Below, one piece after another: positions 58,328-64,000 of a stretch of DNA of 64,000 bases (positions within the stretch are counted from its first letter, which is position 1; each line of letters starts with the position of its first letter). The translations under genes and the position numbers were made by a program. Under the pieces are notes generated by a model. The model saw only the letters and a list, made by a program, of their open reading frames with translations. It searched no databases and had not been told where the DNA came from. This stretch comes from an uncultured Gammaproteobacteria bacterium (GTDB lineage Bacteria; Pseudomonadota; Gammaproteobacteria; Xanthomonadales; Rhodanobacteraceae): positions 1,538,261 to 1,602,260 of the forward strand of contig CAWHFQ010000001.1 of NCBI GenBank assembly GCA_963828675.1. Direction: 5' to 3'.

Positions 58328-59189
58328 ATGCGCCTGCGTTCCGCCATGTGGATGCTGTGGGGTCTGGCGGCACTGCCGCTTTATGCGGCCAGCCCGGTCG
58401 CCGCGCCGCGGGTGGCGCTGTCGCAACCGTCGGTGTCGGCGGACGGGCGTGCCATCGCCTTCGTTGCCGACGGCGGGATCTGGACAGTGTCCAGCAGCGG
58501 CGGCAAGGCACACTTGCTGGTGGCCGACGACGGCGGCATGGGCGACTGGCAATGGTGGCGGCACGGTCGCAGCCATCTGGACGAAGGCGCGATCTGGCTG
58601 CTGCGCGACGACGGCAGCCACCAGTACACCCGGCTGACCGCGGATGACGCGCGCGCCGAATGGCCGATGTGGGCGGCCAACGGCCACACCCTGTACTACA
58701 TGAGTGATCGCAGCGGCGCGGAGAACATCTGGCGCGTGGTGCCGGGCGGCGGCGAGTCGGCGCTGACCCGTTTCAGCGATGGCCGCGTGCTGTGGCCCGG
58801 CCTGTCGGCCGATGGCCGGCTGCTCAGATCAGCCCGGACGGCAAGACCTTGCTGCTGACCGCCGAGGTCGCCGACACGTCCAACCTCTACACCTGGTCGC
58901 TGGATCCGCTGGCCAAGGAGCCGCCGGTCGCCAGGCAGATCACCAGCACTTCCGGCGAGAAGCAGGACGCGCAGTTCCCTCCGCCGGCAAGCTGATCGAC
59001 GGCGGCAGCGTGCGCCTGCACTTCATCACCATCACCGACCATCACGGCCAGCCGATGGAAGGCCATCCGCGCCCGGTCGACGTGCCGGTCACCCGCCCGC
59101 TGGGCGAGTCGTACCACGGCAAGGACGGCGAGCTCGATGCCGCGATCCGGGTGCTGCTGCCGGATGGCGCGAACGTGGGCCAGCCATGA
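58328..59189 (+). pseudogene. eroded remnant of a tricorn-like S41/PD40 peptidase gene
   Basis: Recognisable pieces lie in three frames: a signal peptide plus LSQPSVSADGRAIAFVADGGIWTV; WWRHGRSHLDEGAIWLL...YYMSDRSGAENIWRV; ISPDGKTLLLTA...LYTWSLDPLAKEPPVARQITS; and the C-terminal HFITITDHHGQPMEGHPRPVDVPVTRPLGES. A full-length member of this family would be several-fold longer. Confidence 0.65.
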
Positions 59190-59321
59190 TCGAGGACATC
59201 GACAAACGCCGGATACCCGCGCGATCCACTCTCGGCGCAGAGCCGTGTTGTTCAGATCGACAAGCATCATGGTGATGCGAAGCGTCACGTCGTGCGCCGG
59301 GGGAACTCCGGCGCCGATTCC

Positions 59322-59549
59322 TCAGTCGGGCTCCCAGGGATCGAGTTCGCCGTTGGTATCAAACGCGCCGTCGTCGTATTCCTCCAGCAGCAAGATCGAC
59401 CGGTCGGCAAGCCACTTCTCGCGTTGATGCGGAGACATGCCTTCGAGGTGATCCGAGAAATCTTCATCGAAAATCATCTCCGACCCCTTGTGCAGCCGAA
59501 TGACCGGATCGGCTATATCGGCTGTCACTGCCATGCGTTTCCTGGCCAT
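59322..59549 (-). CDS. hypothetical small acidic protein
   Basis: It is the last gene of a three-gene minus-strand unit. It encodes 70-75 aa, very acidic (…FDEDFSDHLEG…LLLEEYDDGAFDTNGELDPWEPD). The start is at 59549 or 59534. Confidence 0.5.
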   Translation of the reverse strand: MARKRMAVTADIADPVIRLHKGSEMIFDEDFSDHLEGMSPHQREKWLADRSILLLEEYDDGAFDTNGELDPWEPD

Positions 59550-59577
59550 GCTGCAGATCTCGACGGATGGTTCGCCA

Positions 59578-59949
59578 CTAGTTCCCGGAAGACGCGTCCT
59601 GCAACCTCGCTTCCAGCCGGGCAATCGTTTCGAGTAGACGTTCGCGTTCTTCCTCATGGGAAGTCGCCAGCATGGCGCGTGCGTGCGCGGTGGCCCGCAA
59701 CCAAAGCGTCGCGGCAATTTGCCGGACCTCCGGAGGTGGCGTCCAGGGATCAGCCGACGGGGCGACGATGCGTCGCCCCAGGTCTTCCCACCAGACGTCC
59801 AGAAATCCGGCGATGAGGTCATGCGAGCCTGTGCCGATCAACGCCCGCACACGGTCGGGAGTCGGCCGTTCGCCACCGACGAGCAGCATGTCTGCCGCCT
59901 CGGCAACGGCAGCCTGGGTCACTCCGGCTGGCTCGTATGGACTCTTCAC
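59578..59949 (-). CDS. KfrA_N-like DNA-binding domain protein
   Basis: VTQAAVAEAADMLLVGGERPTPDRVRALIGTGSHDLIAGFLDVWWEDLG resembles the KfrA N-terminal (plasmid replication-region DNA-binding) domain, followed by a coiled coil. Its GTG start overlaps the upstream stop (GTGA). Confidence 0.6.
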   Translation of the reverse strand: MKSPYEPAGVTQAAVAEAADMLLVGGERPTPDRVRALIGTGSHDLIAGFLDVWWEDLGRRIVAPSADPWTPPPEVRQIAATLWLRATAHARAMLATSHEEERERLLETIARLEARLQDASSGN

Positions 59950-60329
59950 CTTTGCCGCGCTTTTGCGTTGAGCTCGTCCACGGTGAAGATCGCCTCGGGC
60001 ACGGCTTCCAGATGCGCACGACCGATGGGTTCTCCATTGCCGTCGGACAGGCCATACGTGTGCTGTCGTATTTTCTCAAGCGCGCGGTCGATGGCCGCGA
60101 TCCGCTCCAGATTGTGCGCCAGCAGCGCCTCGTCGTTGGCCTGCTGCTCGAGGCGGTTGCCATCGTCAACGGTATCCTGGGGCTCGTCACCGGCAGCCAT
60201 CTGCAAGGTGTCTTCCTCGGCGCCGGCTGCGTCTCCGCCAGCAATGAGTTGCGCCCGTAGTTTGAGCAGGCGCTCGCGCTGGCGCGCAATGAAGGTTTCA
60301 TCGAGGTTTTCATGAACAGGCTGTTTCAT
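59946..60329 (-). CDS. DksA/TraR-like protein lacking the zinc-finger cysteines
   Basis: It has a coiled-coil N-terminal part and a C-terminal IDRALEKIRQHTYGLSDGNGEPIGRAHLEAVPEAIFTVDE. This matches the DksA/TraR C4 region, but all four Cys positions are substituted. Confidence 0.55.
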   Translation of the reverse strand: MKQPVHENLDETFIARQRERLLKLRAQLIAGGDAAGAEEDTLQMAAGDEPQDTVDDGNRLEQQANDEALLAHNLERIAAIDRALEKIRQHTYGLSDGNGEPIGRAHLEAVPEAIFTVDELNAKARQR

Positions 60330-60475
60330 GGTCGCTTCCGATTGGCATGGTAGTGAGGGGCCCGAACCTGCCTCTTCCGTTGCAGGTGCCGGTGGGCGAC
60401 GGGCCATGTATCGCGGGTTCCATCCATTTGAAGCCGGCGGCGATAGGGTTGGAAAAACATCAAGGCAAAAGCTGT

Positions 60476-61525
60476 TCAGACAGGCAGAACGTCGCCGCCC
60501 GAAACGGCGAGACGATATTGCACAAGTCGTTCCGCTTCCGGATTTGCGGTGTAAACCTGCACCCGGTCGCCTTCGACAATCCGCAGGGTCGTTGCGCCGG
60601 ATGCAAAATGGAATTGGCCGGTCCACTTGCGCTCCACGAGCAGGGTCAGGAGCGCCACCGCGTCCTGGCGATCGGACTTGCCCAGGATCAACCCGGGCGC
60701 TTCGTTCAATGGGCGGACTTCTTTCTGCGCCTCGCGGTACGGCGCCGTTGGATCGCCTTCGTATTCGTCGTCCCAGATCCAGTCGCTCAGCAGCAACAGC
60801 CCGCCCTCGAATTCGCCGAGATCCTCCAGCAACGAACCGATCAGGCCGGACAGCCTTACCGGAAGCGGCAGCAGATCGAACTGGAAATGGCCGTTGCCGG
60901 GTTCGTCAGTCGCCGGAAGTTCCCGCAGGCCGCGTCCCGCGAGCCATTCGAGGCTTTCCGCCCGGGTCAGAAATCGGACCGGAGGGCCATCCATGGAAGA
61001 AGCCAGCGCCTTGGAGCCGGGAAGTACGCCGAGATAGTCGCTCTTGCCCAGCCGGATACCCTGGTGGCGCAAGATCGAGTGTGCGACTGCGATATGGAAG
61101 TAGAAGTTGGGCAGCAGCAAGGCGCGCAAATAGTCTTCCCCCGCCATGGCGTCACCCACGCGCCGATACGACTGGTCGATCATGCGCGCGTCGCTCCCGT
61201 CAAAGTTCTCAGGCGTCAACGTCCGCAAGTATGCGATCGTCTTTTCGACCCGGTGGCGGTATTCCCCTATCGTCTGTTCGTTGTCGGCAAACCAGGGTGC
61301 TTCCTGGCCGGTCAACCGGGCCGGACCGTTCTTGGCGTTGTCGCAGGCGATCTGGAACTGACGACCCAGTGGCAGCATGTCGTCCGCCAGGCGCGCCTGA
61401 AGCAGTGCTTCGTCGGTGGCTTGCCCGGCGTCCACCGCCGCCTGCATCTTGTCCAGATACGACCGGAGGACGCCAAGCCCTCGCAACAGCGCGGGAATCG
61501 TGTAGTCGTACATGTTGGCTGGCAT
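60476..61525 (-). CDS. DUF1993 domain protein fused to an unrecognised ~170-aa C-terminal domain
   Basis: The N-terminal 175 aa match the DUF1993 pattern (YDYTIPALLRGLGVLRSYLDK, LQARLADDMLPLGRQFQIACDNAK, LLPNFYFHIAVAHSILRHQG..LGKSDYLG). The frame then continues for another ~170 aa. Confidence 0.7.
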   Translation of the reverse strand: MPANMYDYTIPALLRGLGVLRSYLDKMQAAVDAGQATDEALLQARLADDMLPLGRQFQIACDNAKNGPARLTGQEAPWFADNEQTIGEYRHRVEKTIAYLRTLTPENFDGSDARMIDQSYRRVGDAMAGEDYLRALLLPNFYFHIAVAHSILRHQGIRLGKSDYLGVLPGSKALASSMDGPPVRFLTRAESLEWLAGRGLRELPATDEPGNGHFQFDLLPLPVRLSGLIGSLLEDLGEFEGGLLLLSDWIWDDEYEGDPTAPYREAQKEVRPLNEAPGLILGKSDRQDAVALLTLLVERKWTGQFHFASGATTLRIVEGDRVQVYTANPEAERLVQYRLAVSGGDVLPV

Positions 61526-61617
61526 TGGAAGTCTTCCTGTTGGATGGCCGGAACGCTCGGTCGCCGGCCAGGGGGTATGGGGCGCTGTTCAAGAGGAACG
61601 GGCGCGCTGTATTTCGA

Positions 61618-62247
61618 TCACCCGCTTCCAAGCTCATACGGCCCTCCGCGCCGGATGGCGGCCTGGTACGCCTGCCGGCGCTGGAATCGGCGGACCCACG
61701 CATCGAGGTTCGGGAAGCGGCTCGTGTCGGTCCGGACCGCCGCCAGTTCGCCGATGAAACTCATCTGCACGTCCGCGGCGGAGAACGCGTTTCCCACGAG
61801 ATAGTCGCGTCCCTCCAGGCTCTGGTCGATGTAGCCCAAATGGGTGTCAAGCTCGATGTCGACGCGCTGCTTGAGCGGGCGCCACATGTTGCCCAGGTAC
61901 GAGACCAGCCCTTTCATGATCAAGGGCAGCGCCGCCGAGCCTTCGGCGTAGTGGAGCCACTGCACGTACTGGTCGTAGAGCCAGCTGTCCGGCGACGGCG
62001 CGAGCCTGCCTTCGCCGTGGCGACGCACGATGTAATCGACGATCGCGCCCGACTCGGCCACGGTGCGGCCGTCGTCGGTGATCGCCGGGGATTTCCCCAG
62101 TGGATGGATCGCCTTCAATGCCTCCGGAGCCAGATGGCTCCTGCCTTCGCGCTCGTAGAACCTGATCTCGTAAGGCACGTCCAGTTCTTCCAGAAGCCAG
62201 AGGATGCGTTGGGATCTCGAATGGCTGAGATGGTGGACAACGAGCAT
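61618..62247 (-). CDS. glutathione S-transferase family protein
   Basis: Starts MLVVHHLSHSRSQRILWLLEELDVPYE and contains HPLGKSPAITDDGRTVAESGAIVDYI. It has a GST C-domain. Confidence 0.85.
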   Translation of the reverse strand: MLVVHHLSHSRSQRILWLLEELDVPYEIRFYEREGRSHLAPEALKAIHPLGKSPAITDDGRTVAESGAIVDYIVRRHGEGRLAPSPDSWLYDQYVQWLHYAEGSAALPLIMKGLVSYLGNMWRPLKQRVDIELDTHLGYIDQSLEGRDYLVGNAFSAADVQMSFIGELAAVRTDTSRFPNLDAWVRRFQRRQAYQAAIRRGGPYELGSG

Positions 62248-62250
62248 GGC

Positions 62251-62739
62251 TCAACCGGTGGCGAGTTCGTCGCAGGCCTGTTCCATGGCGCGCATGTAAG
62301 TCTCGTCCCCGGCGCGTCGGCCGGTGGCGATCGCCGTCTGACTGTGGGTCGAGACGATGTCCGCGCCGGCGCCCAACGTCCGGCTCACCGGGCAGCGATC
62401 CGCCGCGGCGAGCAGCTGTTTCATCTCGTCCCCGGTTACCGCTGCGTCGATGAAAATCGAGCGTTCGAACACGTCGCGTTGCGATTCGGGATCGCGCTGG
62501 TGCGTGATCATGACCTGCACGTGGGACACGGCGATCGACTTGCGCCTGGCATAGAGCTTCACGGTCATGACCGTGCATGCGCCGAGCGCGGCACCTAGAA
62601 GGTCGAACGGTCCCGGGCCGGAAGCCAGGCCGCCCGAGGAAATCGGTTCGTCGGAAAGAAACGACGTTCCCTGGGCGCGTACTTCCACCTGGAACAGTCC
62701 GAGCCCCGTATCTTCGATGATCACTGGATGTTTGTTCAT
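62251..62739 (-). CDS. OsmC family peroxiredoxin-like protein
   Basis: Contains PFDLLGAALGACTVMT and ADRCPVSRTL, the two conserved Cys blocks of OsmC/Ohr. The start is at MNKHPVI. Confidence 0.8.
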   Translation of the reverse strand: MNKHPVIIEDTGLGLFQVEVRAQGTSFLSDEPISSGGLASGPGPFDLLGAALGACTVMTVKLYARRKSIAVSHVQVMITHQRDPESQRDVFERSIFIDAAVTGDEMKQLLAAADRCPVSRTLGAGADIVSTHSQTAIATGRRAGDETYMRAMEQACDELATG

Positions 62740-62765
62740 GCGGACGACCTCGTGGCCTGGGGAAG

Positions 62766-63803
62766 TCATGATGGATAGTCGCCGACGAGCGTCGTCGACG
62801 AGCCGTTGACGGTCGGGTCCGCTTCCTGCCGGGTTCGCCTGCGATACGCCGTCGGATCTTCGCCGTAGCGCTGGCGGAATCGCGAACTGAAATGACTGCG
62901 GCTGGCGAAACCCACGGCCGTCGCGATCGATGCAATGGAAGTCTCGGTCGCTGCAATCAGGTCACGCGCCTTGGCCAGGCGTGCACGCGCCACGAATTCG
63001 ATCGGTGTCGCGCCCGTGGTTTCCACGAAGGCTTTTGCGAACGCAGACCGGCTCATGCAGGCGGCTTTGGCCAACGAGGCCACGGTATGCATCGCCGACG
63101 GCTGCGAGAGGATGGCAATGACCGACCGGCCCACGCCGGGCCTCAGCAGGATCGACGGCGAACCGCCGGGATTGTGCAACTGATCGAGATCGTGGCGTAG
63201 CAGTTCGACCAGACAGGCCTTCATCAGGGTGTTGGCGAGGGTCTGGGAGCCGGCCGTGCGGAACCGGCTTTCGTCGAGCATGGTTTCAAATGCGCTTCTG
63301 ACAAAGGCATTGTTGTCAGGTCTGGCGCTTATCGGCTGGACGAGCCCATCGAACGCGTCGAAATCGTTCGCAAAGCCGATCTGGATCCGCCCGCACAGCA
63401 CGCGGATATCGTGTTCGTCGCCCTCGAACGCGTCGACGTACATGAGGTTGTGTATCCCCATGTGGATGACGTCCTGGGCGTTGTACGTCCGGCTGAAGGT
63501 TTCCTGGCCCGTCAGCGTGCGTGCCAGATTCTTGGGCAGCAGGACGACACTGCCCGCGGGCGATACCAGTGGCTCGTTGCCGTCGACGCGCAGATGCAGC
63601 GTGCCCTTGAGCACGTACATGATCTTCAGGTCGGAAATGGCCGGGATGACGAGCGCCGCATCCCGGGCGATCCGGCATATCGCGAAGGCCTCGACCCGGA
63701 CATCCATGGAATCGAGGATCCGTTCCGCCAGCGACGTTGGCGAGCAGGACGATGCCGCGGTCGAGTCCCGCCTGAACAATTGGTCGAAATCGGAGCTTCT
63801 CAT
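62766..63803 (-). CDS. AraC family transcriptional regulator (cupin-like N-domain plus HTH_18)
   Basis: The C-terminus has two HTH units (SLAKAACMSRSAFAKAFVETTGATPIEF..., IASIATAVGFASRSHFSSRFRQRYGEDP). It is the first gene of the AraC-OsmC-GST minus-strand string. Confidence 0.88.
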   Translation of the reverse strand: MRSSDFDQLFRRDSTAASSCSPTSLAERILDSMDVRVEAFAICRIARDAALVIPAISDLKIMYVLKGTLHLRVDGNEPLVSPAGSVVLLPKNLARTLTGQETFSRTYNAQDVIHMGIHNLMYVDAFEGDEHDIRVLCGRIQIGFANDFDAFDGLVQPISARPDNNAFVRSAFETMLDESRFRTAGSQTLANTLMKACLVELLRHDLDQLHNPGGSPSILLRPGVGRSVIAILSQPSAMHTVASLAKAACMSRSAFAKAFVETTGATPIEFVARARLAKARDLIAATETSIASIATAVGFASRSHFSSRFRQRYGEDPTAYRRRTRQEADPTVNGSSTTLVGDYPS

Positions 63804-64000
63804 GGGAGCACAATCATGTCGTGGGTTTCATCGAGTTCCATTGGGCTGCCGCCAACCAAGGCACGACGCGGCACCCTTGCCGCGCCAGGAAAGAGGATGC
63901 TCCCCGGCGCACAACCGCGCCATCGACGCGGACGCCTCGTTCGACATGGAGCCCGAGTCCTCACGGGCGAACGCGGATGATCGTCTTCCCATGAAGACGC

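Noticed and set aside
63804-64000. A possible gene starting at the ATG at 63991, or a small ORF at 63816-63980, at the right edge of the window.
   Set aside because: Only 10 nt of the putative gene are visible, and the 54-aa ORF translation is Arg/Gly-rich with no SD. Neither can be supported.

Overview
This window is a high-GC gammaproteobacterial chromosome segment. My hand counts give about 75% G+C at 34401-34500, against 45% at 38401-38500. Gene content and GGGAGCGGCTTCAGCCGCGA-type REP palindromes suggest Xanthomonadales/Lysobacterales, Rhodanobacter/Dyella-like; that placement is inference only.

Most of the window is ordinary core genome:
- Ubiquinone accessory genes: ubiE, ubiJ-ubiB and ubiK.
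- Glyoxylate shunt: a LysR regulator with aceB and aceA.
- Class I ribonucleotide reductase nrdA/nrdB behind a cobalamin riboswitch.
- tRNA and translation functions: ttcA, trmL, truC, queF and arfB.
- Other housekeeping genes: rdgC, pssA, glnB and comM/yifB.
- Many secreted peptidases: two tandem S10, pip, M1, M16, S9 and a tricorn-like remnant.

I recognised no rRNA, tRNA, CRISPR array, transposase or integrase.

The standout is a lower-GC island at about 35.7-40.0 kb. It carries a split-borosin-like RiPP cassette: an OphMA/SonM-type peptide backbone N-methyltransferase, two stand-alone precursor genes, and a 5'-truncated second methyltransferase copy. A periplasmic-sensor diguanylate cyclase lies immediately downstream.

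Secondary observations:
- A consensus sigma54 promoter with an upstream 22-bp palindrome, driving a 67-aa Cys-containing membrane peptide.
- A BlaI/BlaR1-like pair with two cop-box operators, in which the sensor gene is broken by several frameshifts.
- Several other frameshifted or eroded genes, mostly secreted peptidases. These are either gene decay or assembly indels.
- At least two families of REP-like palindromes, one of which supplies the C-terminus of truC.
- A lower-GC patch at 59.3-63.8 kb with a translationally coupled DksA-like/KfrA_N-like/acidic-protein operon and a DUF1993 fusion protein.

The many long Arg/Ala/Pro-rich ORFs on opposite strands are high-GC shadow ORFs and are not reported as genes.
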